64,000 nucleotides of DNA from Octopus bimaculoides (GCF_001194135.2 NC_068993.1:59471415-59535414); one strand, 5' to 3'; counted from the stretch's first letter, positions 38,987 through 51,360 are shown. Program-made: numbers and translations. The notes: generated from the sequence alone by a model not told the origin.

Positions 38987-40012
38987 ATGGCAAAAAGCTT
39001 GGCAAAGTCTTCATATGAATGTGATATCTGTAACAAGTCATTAACTTCAAGAAGCACTTTAACTGCTCACATACGTATTCATACAGGAGAGAAACCATAT
39101 CGCTGTGATATCTGTGGTAAAAGGTTTACTAGAAGAGGTGAATTACCTGTTCATTTACGTGTTCATACAGGAGAGAAACCATATCGGTGTGATATCTGTG
39201 GTCAGTCATTCATGCGTAAAGATATTTTAACTACACACAGACGTATTCATACAGGAGAGAAACCATATAAATGTGATATGTGCAGTAAGTCATTTGCTAA
39301 AAGTACTAACTTAACTGATCACAAACGCATTCATACTGGAGAAAAACCATATCACTGTGATATCTGTGGTAAATCATTCAATCAAAATAACCAGTTAATT
39401 ACACATAGACGCATTCATACAGGAGAGAAGCCCTATCACTGTGATGTCTGTGACAAATCATTCTCTCGAAATGATGAGTTAACTACACACAAGCTAAGTC
39501 ATACAGGAGAGAAACCTTATAGGTGTGATATCTGTGGTAAATCATTTACTCTAAATAATTCCTTCAATGTACATAAACGTATTCATACTGGAGAAAAACG
39601 ATTTATTTGTGATATTTGTGGTAAAGCATTTATTCAAAATCATTGTTTGGAAGTACATAAAAGCATTCATACTAGAGAAAAATTATATCGCTGTGATATT
39701 TGTGGCAAAGCATTTACACATAGTCCATCTTTAATTGTACACAAACACATTCATACAAGGGGAAAGTCGTATTGTTGTGATATCTGTGGTAAATCATTCT
39801 CTGATCGTACTGCTGTAACTGTACATAAACGTGTTCATACTGGAGAGAAGCCATATCATTGTGATATCTGTGGTAAATCATTCTCTTACAAAAATGTGTT
39901 AACTAAGCACAAATGCATTCATATGGGAGAAAAATCATATCAGTGTAATATCTGTGGTAAATCATTCTCTCAACAGGATGATTTAGCTATTCATGTCTGT
40001 ATTCCTCATTGA
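38987..40012 (+). CDS. C2H2 zinc finger protein, copy G (11 fingers + degenerate terminal finger, 341 aa)
   Basis: Intact ORF from the conserved ATG. Confidence 0.95.
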   Translation: MAKSLAKSSYECDICNKSLTSRSTLTAHIRIHTGEKPYRCDICGKRFTRRGELPVHLRVHTGEKPYRCDICGQSFMRKDILTTHRRIHTGEKPYKCDMCSKSFAKSTNLTDHKRIHTGEKPYHCDICGKSFNQNNQLITHRRIHTGEKPYHCDVCDKSFSRNDELTTHKLSHTGEKPYRCDICGKSFTLNNSFNVHKRIHTGEKRFICDICGKAFIQNHCLEVHKSIHTREKLYRCDICGKAFTHSPSLIVHKHIHTRGKSYCCDICGKSFSDRTAVTVHKRVHTGEKPYHCDICGKSFSYKNVLTKHKCIHMGEKSYQCNICGKSFSQQDDLAIHVCIPH

Positions 40013-40734
40013 GATAAAGAATCTCCTTGTGGCAGATAAGAGACTGAACAATCCCTTAACTGTATGCATTCATACCCATGTATGGAACTAAATAATAAGG
40101 AATAAACAAATCATAAAATATAATACAAGGTGTTCAAAAAGTCTCTCCACAGTAAGTATTTTATTGTAAAAGAAATATTTATAAGATGGTGTAAGACTAC
40201 AAAAGAATATATACAGTCTTTGTATTTTTATAACAATTTAAACTCTAAATAAAACTGGTTTACTATGAAATTATCCTTTTTTTAAATTTTTGTTATAACC
40301 AAGTCTTGTTTGCACATTTTCTAAACTGATTTTTACCAATTGTTTATCCTAAAGCTATTTAATTTATTGACATTATTTGATACAAGATATGATCTGATGT
40401 TATGAGGAAGTGAATGAGATATAAGTAATAAGATGATATTGTAGATGAAATGGTGATGATGGTGGCTTTCATTTTATTGTATTTTAAGAACAATGGACAT
40501 GATTTGTATTTTCAATAGAGTAAAATTACAAATATTTGAGAAATAAGATGGTGGCGTGTAGCATGTATTAACCACAATGTATTCCTGCTATTAACCTTTA
40601 CTAAATGAAATCACTGGTTGAACTTAGCACGAATCAAACAAAATGTTGGACAAAGTGTAATACAGAAATCCACAACACTGCTCCTCCTTTCAATTTGTCA
40701 TCCTCCTAACTGCTACAATCTGTTCTTGTTATCA

Positions 40735-42050
40735 TCATCATCCTCATTGTTTAACATTTTCCAGGCTGGAATAGACTGGACAATTTAGTCAAATGTGGCA
40801 AGCCATCTCAAGTTCCAATGTCAGTTTAGCATGGTTTCTGTAGCTGGACGGCCTTCCTAAAGCTGACCACTTTACAGAGTGGTCAGCTTTATGAATGGTG
40901 CTTTCTTTGTGTCACTAGCACCGTTCAGGTCGCTGGGTAACTTCAGAAACAGAAAAAGAACAGGGAAGAAGGAAAAGAAAAAGATCCCACAACTAAATGG
41001 GGAGTATTTGAGAGAGAAAGGGAGTGGGGAGGGTGTGTGGCATGTGCCGACTTTGCCCTCAGGTGATTACAGCAAACGGGTAGTACCATAAATGGTGGAG
41101 TGATGGTTTTAGAGAATGAGAATTGAGGGAGATGTCTGATGTGTCAGAGACAGCAGAAGACATGCAGTGATTTTAGGATATTTATGTAGGAATGGATGGA
41201 TTTACTCAAGCAAAGCAAATTGCTTGTCAGTTGTCTCAGTCCTTTGTCATCACCTCTTTAAGTAATTAGTACTTCGTTATATGGCTTTTCTCATCCACAC
41301 ACATCACATCATCAAACCAGTGAGGTTTTCTTTCCTGCACACTACATCTCATTCCTATTATGCCTAATGTTTCTCTCAGCATATGAACACTTTTTCATAC
41401 TTCCACAGTGACATCCTGTGAAACATACAAGCTTCAATCCTCTCTAGTCATTGCATGTGCACTTTTGTCAGAGCCCATGTCTCACTATCATGTTGCATTG
41501 CTATTCTACACAAGCATCATACGATCAGAAAGAGGGATCTTTTGTTGCTGACAGAGGTAATAGCTCTGAACTTTTTCAATCCTATTCTTATTCTAGCAAT
41601 TACATTTTATGGACATCCTCCTCCACTGCTAAGTAATTCTCCATATTTAATAACCTTTCGTAGTAGCACTTCCACACTTCTTTACAGAGTCACTTAGTGC
41701 ATACATACCATTTTCCACCCATACACATTTTTATCCTCAACATCTTGATACTCTCTACTACACTGTCTAGCGATCTGGAACACTTCTAGTTTCTGACCCT
41801 CTGAGCATCTCTAGATCCTCATGCTGTAACACATTGGCAATCTTCGTAATTTCTGCTCCTGCTCTTATTAGGTAAACCTGTCACCAAGCTTGCTTTTTAA
41901 GTCTCTCTATCTTTTCCGTCTTTCCAAACCTGTCTCCACATTTTATGGCCTTCTCTCATCACCTCACTGTTCCACCATCATGTCTGGTCTGGCTGAAGCT
42001 CTTCTCCAGTCTCAGGTTTAGTCTGTCACCCTCAGTATGTTGTAATAATG
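40735..42050 (-). mobile_element. Old, internally deleted RTE LINE
   Basis: 3' end motif near 40740-40900; decayed YDAC..SETW region near 41450-41560; linker region near 41700-42000. Confidence 0.65.
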
Positions 42051-42089
42051 ATAAACCTTCTTGCTACTGGTGCAAGGCCTGATATTCTG

Positions 42090-42810
42090 GGGAAGGGGTT
42101 CAGTTGAATATATCTGTGATGCATGTAACCTTTTAATCTGCAACACTAACTCCAGGAAGCCAGACAGCCACCTGGTAACCTATCAATCAGGTGACTCTGC
42201 AAGCCAGATTGATTTCATCCTCATCAGACAGCGGGATGCAGGGTTGCTCTTAAATACAAAGACCCTCCCGGGTGAAGAATGTAACCCCCAGCATAAACTA
42301 GTCATTAGTGGTTTTAGACTCGAGGCCAGAAGGATGCCAAGAAGCAAACCAATCCAGAAAAGAAGGATTTGGAAGCTAAAGAATCCTTCACATGGTCACA
42401 GATTGAGGGACATCCACATCAAGAAATTTGATGTGAGGGAGGAGGAGCTACAGACTTCGGACATAGAAGGTAGCTGGAAATTCCTACGGGACAGCTTAAT
42501 GAGTGCCACAGACCAAGTCTGTGGATGGTGCTAAGTCAATTCTATAGATAGAGTAATGTGGTGGTGTATTAATACAGTAGACAAAGCCATTAGAGCAAAG
42601 AAACAGGCCTGGAAAGCCTGGAAGAGTGGGGGTAGCAGGGAACTGTACCAGATAGCCAGAAGAGAGGCTGGGCGACAGGTATACATAACCAAGGGAGAAG
42701 CAGAAAATAAGTTTGCCAATGTCCAGCGACATGTGGACCAAAGAACTGAAGAATTTCAGATTGCAAGACAGTGTGTGAGAGAAAATTGTGATGTCACCAC
42801 CAACATCCCC
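42090..42810 (+). mobile_element. RTE LINE AP-endonuclease C-terminus and linker fragment
   Basis: LVTYQSGDSASQIDFILIR...EECNPQHKLVI, then WW...VDKAIRAKKQAWKAWK. Confidence 0.85.
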
Positions 42811-42849
42811 ACACACCGATGATCTTTGTTAGCTCAGAAAAAAGGTGGG

Positions 42850-43990
42850 ATCTGAATTGCCTGCCATGGTCTGTGGTAATGGTGGTAGGAAAGCTGTAGC
42901 ACAATATACATCCTGATACCAGGGCTTACGCTACAGATTCAGCAGAAATGTCAGTTAATGGAATCGCTTCAGGCCATAGGCTGAAGCGGTCAATGCAAAT
43001 CAAGATATATGTAAACCCCTGACTGACAGGCCAGGGTCCCACAAGATCAATATGTATGTGAGAAAAACAAGCATCAAGGGAGTTAAGAGAACAGAGAGTT
43101 GTACGGATGTGCTTGTGTAACTTAAACTTCTGGCACTGAAGACAAGAACAAGACCATTCAGGAATTTCATGTCTCATGTTTGGCTGAAGAATCTAGCCAT
43201 AATGAGTTTTACTTAAGCCACAATGCCAGGATGAGCAAGATTGTGCAAGGCGTTGAAAACCACTCTACAATGTTTCTCCGGAACAAAAGAATGAGGTGAT
43301 TGTTTTAACATGTTACACAAGGTGTTCTTGTCAGCAGTCAGTATAGGTAGGTACTTGAATTTAGAAGTCAAAAATTCTGTAGATGTGGTGTCTAAGGTGT
43401 CCAAAAGGGACTGGTCTGAGGCTGAAATAGTCAAATCAATTGCAGAAGTGGATGCCAAGGAATTGGTTGGCAAATGGAACAAATCAGCAGCAGCACTATT
43501 CTGACTTCCTGAGATATGTTGAATGTTGCTGATAAACTGGGAAACGAAATCAAGATGTCTCGTCTTCCTCGGCAAATATTTCTCAGGCTTGGACCATAAG
43601 GAACGTAAAAGGTTTACAATACATGTAGATAGTAAAATATCTTCATTCAACGAGATGACGAACGTGTTTCACTGACAGGTAAATCACTAATAATTTGTGC
43701 CCAAAAGTACTATAACGAGTTTCAACTAGTTTTAGCTGCCAAGACAAGAGAAGAATGCCAAAGGTTGCATATGCTTTTAGAGAAATAATACAAGCAGCTC
43801 GAATATCCTCGAGAAAACCTTTATGCGACAACCAATCTTTGATGAAAAATGCATGATTATGGTGATGTGCACGGGGAGTAGCTGCTGTGCTTAGTGACCT
43901 GCTTTGGCATTTCTCTGACTTGAATATGACCACAGTTGAATGTACTTCCTGGCATTCTGGCCAAAGTGATGATGATACCAACATAAGTTT
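42850..43990 (-). mobile_element. Degenerate Ty3/Gypsy pol fragment (RNase H end, integrase Zn-binding region and core start)
   Basis: RYSTFGHKLLVIYLSVKH; RHLDFVSQF; HNLAHPG; CLQCQ..K...HIHIDLVGPWPVSQGFTYILICIDRFSLWPEAIPL. Confidence 0.85.
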
Positions 43991-44344
43991 AACAAAGAGG
44001 CAGGAGATAAAGAGTATTGCCTAAGGGAGGATGACCAACTGAATACTCTCCAGCTTGGCAAATTCTGTGCAGCGCATAAGATATTTGCCTGCTGAGTGAG
44101 TTCCAGCTTGCTCTGGAGTGTTGCCGATTGTGTGGGGTCACACTGCTAGAATAGGAAGGGCTGCTCAGTCATGGCTTTTCTTGGACTAAACAACAACGGA
44201 GGAGCAATAGAACCTCTACATACTTGCACGATCTGCTAGAAACAAATGTCAAATTTCCTCAAGTTATACTAATCAGTTTTGATTGGAGGAATATGTTCAT
44301 TAATGTATTCCATGCTATACAATGCCGTGATGCTGTGTAGGCAG

Positions 44345-44622
44345 CCAGTGCCAGGTGACTGGTCCCGTGCTGGTGGCACGTAAAAAGCACCATTCAAGCA
44401 TGGTCAATGCAATGCCACTACCACCTGACTGGCCCTCGTGCTGGTGGGGCATAAAAAGCACCCACTTCACACTTGGAGTGGTTGGCGTTAGGAAGGGCAT
44501 CTGGTTGTAGGAACTTTGCCAGTTCAGATTGGAGCCTGATGCAGCCTTCTGGCTTACCAGCCCTCAGTCAAACTGTCCAACCCATGCCAACATAGACAGC
44601 GGATGTTAAACGATGATGATGA
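44345..44622 (+). mobile_element. RTE LINE 3' end with (GAT)n tail
   Basis: gttggcgttaggaagggcatc...cccatgccaacatagacagcggatgttaaacgatgatgat. Confidence 0.8.
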
Positions 44623-45335
44623 CATACAATATATTTATTGGTGAAAATCAGTTTAGAAAATACAAAAACAAAAACAAGCTAATTTCATAGTAAACCAGTT
44701 TTATTTAGAGTTTAAATTGTTATAAAAATTGATAAAGACTCGCAGCCAGAACTTTGGAATTTACACTTGAAATGACAAAATGCTCGAGATGACAATCATC
44801 ATTATCATCATTCAATGACGCTGATGATGATGATGATGTGGTCCAACACATTCCAGCATTGATGACGATAATTCAAAACATTACCCCACTAATTTTGTTA
44901 TTATGTAAAGTTTAATACTACAATGACAAATTAACATTAATTTTCATCATAAACTATGTCATAGATAAAATTATAGGTATTACCAACAACAGAATTAATC
45001 TCTGGATAAAATACAATAATGATAAAACAAGAATCAATATAATATACCTGAAAGAATATACACAACNNNNNNNNNNNNNNNNNNNNNNNNNNNNNNNNNN
45101 NNNNNNNNNNNNNNNNNNNNNNNNNNNNNNNNNNNNNNNNNNNNNNNNNNNNNNNNNNNNNNNNNNNNNNNNNNNNNNNNNNNNNNNNNNNNNNNNNNNN
45201 NNNNNNNNNNNNNNNNNNNNNNNNNNNNNNNNNNNNNNNNNNNNNNNNNNNNNNNNNNNNNNNNNNNNNNNNNNNNNNNNNNNNNNNNNNNNNNNNNNNN
45301 NNNNNNNNNNGTTAAGAGATTTTTCAATGGTTCTC

Positions 45336-46529
45336 TCATGGAAGAATACAGACATGAATAGCTAAATCATCCTGTTGAGAGAATGATTTACCACAGATAT
45401 TACACGGATATGAATTTTCTCCCATATGAATACATTTGTGCTTATTCAATAGGTTACTGTATGAGAATGATTTACCACAGATATCACAATGATATGGCGT
45501 TTCTCTGGTATGAACACGTTTGTGTACAGTTACAGCAGTACTTTGAGAAAATGATTTACCACAGATATCACAATGAAATGGCTTTTCCCCAGTATGAATA
45601 CGTACATGTCCCTTTAAATCGTTACTCTGAATAAATGATTTACCACAGATTTCACAATGATATGGCTTTTCTCCAGTATGAACACGTTTATGTGCATTTA
45701 CAGCAGTAAGTTGAGAGAATGATGTGCCACAAATATCACAATGATATGGTTTTTCTCTTGTATGAATGCGCATGTGTACAGTTACAGCAGGTCTATGTGT
45801 AAACGCTTTACCACAAATATCACAATGATATAGTTTTCCTCCAGTATGAATGCTTTTATGATCCTCTAAATCACGACTTTTAAGAAATGCTTTGCCACAA
45901 ATATCACAATGATATCGTTTTTCTCCAGTATGAATACGTTTGTGTACAGTCAAAGCATTATTTACAGGGAACGACTTACCACAGATATCACACCAATATG
46001 GTTTCTCTCCTGTATGAATATGTTTGTGTGTAGTTAACTCATCGTTTCGAGAGAATGATTTGTCACAGACATCACAGTGATAGGGTTTTTCTCCTGTATG
46101 AATGCGTATGTGTTTAATTAACTGGTTATTTTGATTGAATGATTTACCACAGATATCACAATGATATGGTTTTTCTCCAGTATGAATGCGTTTGTGATCA
46201 GTTAAGTTAGTACTTTTAGCGAATGCTTTAGTGCACATATCACACTGATATGGTTTCTCTCCTGTATGAATACGTCTGTGTGTAGTTAAAATATCTTTAC
46301 GCATGAATGACTGACCACAGATATCACACTGATATGGTTTCTCTCCTGTATGAACACGCACATGAACAGGTAATTCACCTTTTCTAGTGAACCTTTTACC
46401 ACAAAAATCACAGTGATATGGTTTCTCTCCCGTATGAATACGTATATGAGCAGTTAAATTACTTCTTGAAGTTAATGACTTGTTACAGATAACACATTCA
46501 TATGAAGACTTTGCTAAGTTCTTTGCCAT
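45336..46529 (-). CDS. C2H2 zinc finger protein, copy H (13 fingers + degenerate terminal finger, 397 aa)
   Basis: Intact minus-strand ORF from the conserved ATG ([12 protein letters not shown]). Confidence 0.95.
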   Translation of the reverse strand: MAKNLAKSSYECVICNKSLTSRSNLTAHIRIHTGEKPYHCDFCGKRFTRKGELPVHVRVHTGEKPYQCDICGQSFMRKDILTTHRRIHTGEKPYQCDMCTKAFAKSTNLTDHKRIHTGEKPYHCDICGKSFNQNNQLIKHIRIHTGEKPYHCDVCDKSFSRNDELTTHKHIHTGEKPYWCDICGKSFPVNNALTVHKRIHTGEKRYHCDICGKAFLKSRDLEDHKSIHTGGKLYHCDICGKAFTHRPAVTVHMRIHTREKPYHCDICGTSFSQLTAVNAHKRVHTGEKPYHCEICGKSFIQSNDLKGHVRIHTGEKPFHCDICGKSFSQSTAVTVHKRVHTRETPYHCDICGKSFSYSNLLNKHKCIHMGENSYPCNICGKSFSQQDDLAIHVCILP

Positions 46530-49162
46530 CTTTTTAGAACGAAAAAAATAACAGTCATTTATTTCATTGAATAATTTTTCTTCTCTCACCACAATATATA
46601 TGTTTGCTGCTTTCCTTTCTATAATTTATTTCTAACAAATATTCCTTCTGCTATATGTCCATCATCTGGATGCAAAGTGCTTCATAAATCTACCTGAATA
46701 TATTTAAAATGCAGAATTGTATTGGACTCATTCCAGAGAATGACACACACAAATGTTGCTTAATAATCTTACCCAGAGGAAATCTTTCAACATAATTCAT
46801 TAAATTTATATGTAAATGGTTATATTTGTTCAGTATAACATCTTTTCTCCTTAAAAGATGATAAATATTGATGATGTTTCTGTTGTATAATAAACAAAAA
46901 TGTTTCTGCCAGTTTCAGCTCTGATTCTGAAAAATAAGGAAAACAGTATAAGATTTCAAGAATGCATAAACAGCATAAATTTCATTTCATTACTATACTT
47001 ATAAATTGTAGAAGTGAAACCTTGACCAGAACAACTGAATTCCTCCAGTGTATCTCTATAATTTTACATATAGAACAGAGCAGAGAAATATATTTTAACA
47101 ATACATCATCTCCTAAAAGGATAACTGTCTGCTTGCCTAGCAAGAGTCACTGCGATGCACGAAGTGTCATTTGCTTCCAGTCTTCTGACCAGTAAAGGGA
47201 CAGTATTATCTTACTTGGAAACAAGTGAAGGTTGCAGACAATAGAAAATCTGCCTCAATTCTGTCTGAACCCTTGGACATTAAGACGAAGAAAAAAAAAG
47301 CACAATGTTATAATATACTAAACAAGTTTATAAATCATTTTCGTGGGAGGCTTTCCATACTGTCAAAATGCTTTGCTTCTATGATTTTCCTGATACAAAC
47401 CCTTTTGTCTCTTATGGCTTGCAGGAGTGCACTGTGTACATCCATATTATATTATGGCACATATAATACTGTGCATACATCATTCAACTACAGTAGTAAT
47501 TGAATAATATTCTGAAGGCCACAATTTGTTCCCATGCAGCATTTTTCTGAGCTTGTCGCTAATTCAGTTCTTAACTGAACTGAAAACTGTTAATATTTTC
47601 GAAGAGGGCTGGTTCCTAGCTACATTTTGGCATAAACATCATTGAGATTTGTCGAGCAGAAAAAAGTTTATATCAAAATTTGTAGCAACACTATTGTATA
47701 ATTAACTATTTAATTTTAAAAACAAACTATATTTTAATTAAGCCTAAATAATAGAGCTCAATTCGAAGAACTTCATGGTATCAATCTCATGCAATGAAGT
47801 TTTAAAAGAAAAAGGGTTATGAGTGTTTGTTTCAGAAATTTGAGGGTGATAATATAGTTCTATACTTTTTATGAATATAGTTCTAAAAGGGGACTTTTAA
47901 TATATGTCACGGGTGTTACTGAGGTAAGGAAAAAATTATCAACGACACCACTAATTGACATGTTATTAATTAGCATAACAGCATTGCATGGAAAAAAACG
48001 TGGATTACATGGGAAAATGTGAGTAAGAGAAATAATACCACTGATCTAGCGATTAAATAAATGTTTTTAGGCTTACCGAAGTCATGCCAGTCTACGAAGT
48101 CAATCTGTGGTGTTTGCTGTTGTTGGCCGATAGTGCTGTCTGTGAAAGATGTTTCTCACCATGTAAACAGACGAGCGGATGACGCATGTGTTTATTGTAT
48201 TTGATGAGGAAAGTAAAAAGGTCAGATGGGAACCATTGATCTAGCGATTACTTGTATGTTTTTAGGCTTGATGTATGTGTTTATTGTACTTGAAGATGTA
48301 TGCAGGCTTGCCGCATATCCTGTGCATACATTTTTGCAATGGGATGTATCACCCATCAACAAATGTGTAGTGCACGCTATTAGATGGTGCACCAAGCATT
48401 CCACCTACAGAATAGGCTAACAGTAAGGTAGCCACATAATTTTGTAACAGTTATCTCTACGTACAGGATAATAGAGTAGCTTGACCCACAAATATTATTC
48501 ATGAAATACTAGGGTCAGCTTTTATACGGAGTCTAAGGAAAAAATATAAATGGGCCGAAAAATAGGGGATCGACTTTTACTCTAGTATATACGATAGATC
48601 GTGAAAGGTGCGATGAAGTGTGAAGTGAAGTTGGTAGTTTTTGTTTATTACTTTATCTTATTTCTAATGTGAATTCTAAATATTTCAGAACAGACGGGAA
48701 ATTGGAAAGAAAATTAATTCATGTGAATCGTGGCAGCTTTGCCGAAAGTGTAATTGAGAGAGGGACAAAGAGACTGAGAAATTTCAAAAAAGCAAAGATA
48801 CTGAATATTTTTTTCTTTTTACTTTTTTTGCAAGGTGATTGATATCTGTTTTACGAAGTGAGATTCTATAAAATGGTGAAAATACTCGAAAAATAACGGA
48901 AAGAAATCTCTGAGAAATTCTATTTTATTACTGAGAGTTAATTCGAAAGCCACCCCACTTTTTTAGTAGTATTTTTGTGTTTGATACAAAGGAAATTACG
49001 ATTCTGATAGAAATTTTGGCGGACAATCGTAATATATTAAATTCATGAAGGGGTAGAAAAAACCTTCCCAGTTCTTTGCTCTTTTCATTTCCCGTGGAGA
49101 AACGACGGTTATTCCGAAGATCCGTCCTGAAAATATTTAATATCAATTTAAATACTATAAAT

Positions 49163-49280
49163 ACTTACTTTTCCTTTTACCTTTATAATTTCTTTGATAA
49201 ATTCGATTAACATGCGAGAAAGTTCTATGCTGAAAATGATTATGGTAAGATGCTGGGCGGAAGTAACAGAATTCCGGATA
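49163..49280 (-). promoter_or_regulatory. Putative promoter/exon 1 of ZNF H, donor at 49168
   Basis: GGCGGAAGT at 49256-49264; second ETS-like site mutated. Confidence 0.7.
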
Positions 49281-49727
49281 AATATTTTCGTAAATAGAAA
49301 AACCGAAATATGCCGCAAATCGTTCAGTTTGGTAATTTTAAAAAAGTAAATAAAATCTAAGGGGGAGATAAGCAGTAAAAGAAGTAACTTTTTACACAGC
49401 ATAAACACTGGTGATAGCCTTCGCACACACACACACATTCGGATACCACCCTTTCACATACACACAAATATACTCACAATGCTGATTTTTTTTTCACCCC
49501 TTCCTTTCTTATTCAGCTATCACCCTTTCCTGTCTCATTCATATGTAGTGACGGAGAAAAACAGAAAATACTACACGCACGCTTTGCCACTTTGTCTCCC
49601 TCGCTGCTATTACTTTCGCTCACGACTTCTCCTTCACCAAAGTACTATTTTCTCTCCTCTCCCTTCAAATATACTACTTCTACTCCATCCCACATGATTT
49701 TGGACAAACATGTATATATATATATAC

Positions 49728-50030
49728 GGTACTACTAAAACAGCACGGTCCCGAACGCGCAGTCGCGCGTCCGCTCTAGCTAGTCTTGAGTGGTCGATCC
49801 TAACCCTAACCCTATCCCTAACCCTATCCCTATCCCTAACCCTAACCCTATCCCTAACCCTATCCCTATCCCTAACCCTAACCCTAACCCTATCCCTAAC
49901 CCGCGTGTGCAAATGAATACATGGTTAGGGTTAGGGTTAGGGTTAGGGTTAGGGTTAGGATCGACCACTCACGACTAGCTAGCGCGGACGCGCGACTGCG
50001 CGTTCGGGACCGTGCTGCTTTAGTAGTACC
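49728..50030. mobile_element. 303-bp palindromic MITE, GG...CC termini, 9-bp TSD, internal telomere-type arrays (Merlin- or Mutator-like)
   Basis: TSD tatatatac at 49719-49727 and 50031-50039; 73-bp TIRs with 3 mismatches; 17 TAACCC/TATCCC units on the left, (TTAGGG)5+TTAGG on the right. Confidence 0.9.
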
Positions 50031-50289
50031 TATATATACAAAGCTAGATAAAAATACTAGGCTCATTATATTATTATACTGAGAAATAGTTTCGTAGTTA
50101 TTCTCTTAACAACTATCGATTGACCAGCACTGAATATGTAGTGCTGGTCAGCCATGGTTTCTCTTGGACTAAACAATGACGTAGGAGCAATGGAACCTCT
50201 ACATACTTACATGATCTGATAGAAATAACTGTCAAATTTCCCTCAAGTTATACCATTCAATCTTGATACTACCTACACCTTTTCTACAG

Positions 50290-51360
50290 ATCGAGCAGGG
50301 TCATCTATCTGAAGAGATTTGTGATTTGTCTGCCTTTCTGCTTACTAAGACTTTGGATTTTGCTAGATTGACTCTAAGGCATTTCAATTCTAGACTTTGC
50401 TTCCACACCTGAAACGTCTCCTCTAGTTCTAGTAGTGATTCAGCTATTTACAACAAGGTCATCAGCATAGAGGAGCTCCCAGGGGCATCCTGTTTTAAAT
50501 TCCCCTGTTATTGCCAGGAGGACTATGATGAATAAGAGGATGAGGACTGATCATTGGTGGACCCCTACTCCTACCGGAAATTCTTCACTATACTCGTTGC
50601 CAACCCTATGGTGCTGCTATTCCAGCCATTGGGTGTGATTCCTTCATGTATCACCTGGTTGACTAGACTATAGCCTACACTGCCAAATATTTTAAGCATC
50701 TCCGCAGTGACTGCTGGTGGGTTGGGGACTTTCCTTGTCTTCATACTCTTAATTGCTTTATCTACCAAAGTACAGTCAATATGGATAGCTGGTCCCTCTG
50801 TTGGGTTGATATTTGGCAGAATATTTCTCCCATTCATTCTCTTCATTTAGCAACCTTTCATAGTCTCCAAGTCTCTCTCTTCGCAGCATCATTAAATGTA
50901 AGTGAGCCATCATCTATGCAGACACATTTCTCTCCTATGAAATCACTATTCTCTTTCACACAATGTCTTGCAACACGAAACACTTTAAGTCTTTGGTCTT
51001 CATAACACAGAACATTGGCAAATTTTTTCTTATCTGGTTAAGTAAACCTGTCACCTAGCTTCCCTTCCAGTGATCTGATAACAGTTCCCTGCCACAATCA
51101 CTCTTCCATGCTTGTTTCTTTTCCCTAACAGCCCTGTCAACTACATTGTTCCGCTGCCACGTTACCTTAGGTTGAGAGCGAACTTTGCACAGATCTGATC
51201 AATAGCCCTCAACAGGTCGTCTCATAGGAACCTCCAGTTGTCTTCCACATTGTGATGGTATATCCTCCTCTTTTCTTTTTATCTAAATCTCTGTTCACTC
51301 ACAGGATCCTTAAACTTCCAGATCCTTCTTTTCCATGCTGGTCGTCTTCTGGATACACAC
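50290..51360 (-). mobile_element. Degenerate RTE LINE RT fragment
   Basis: LLAITGEFKTGCPWELLYADDLV with YADD at 50458-50469; KAIKSMK...VTAEMLK upstream. Confidence 0.85.

Noticed and set aside
40735-42810. Twin-priming 5' inversion of one RTE
   Set aside because: Both halves contain the same linker region in diverged form, so two separate old copies are more likely.
1107-46529. 84-bp periodic repeats and the RTE 3' UTR subrepeats as possible CRISPR arrays
   Set aside because: The periodicity is the 28-aa finger unit or a LINE UTR repeat; there are no unique spacers or cas genes, and the context is eukaryotic.
49634-49978. ORFs with RDRV, PNPI or GLGI repeats, and a true chromosome end
   Set aside because: They are translations of the hexamer arrays; the arrays are short, internal and bounded by TIRs and a TSD.
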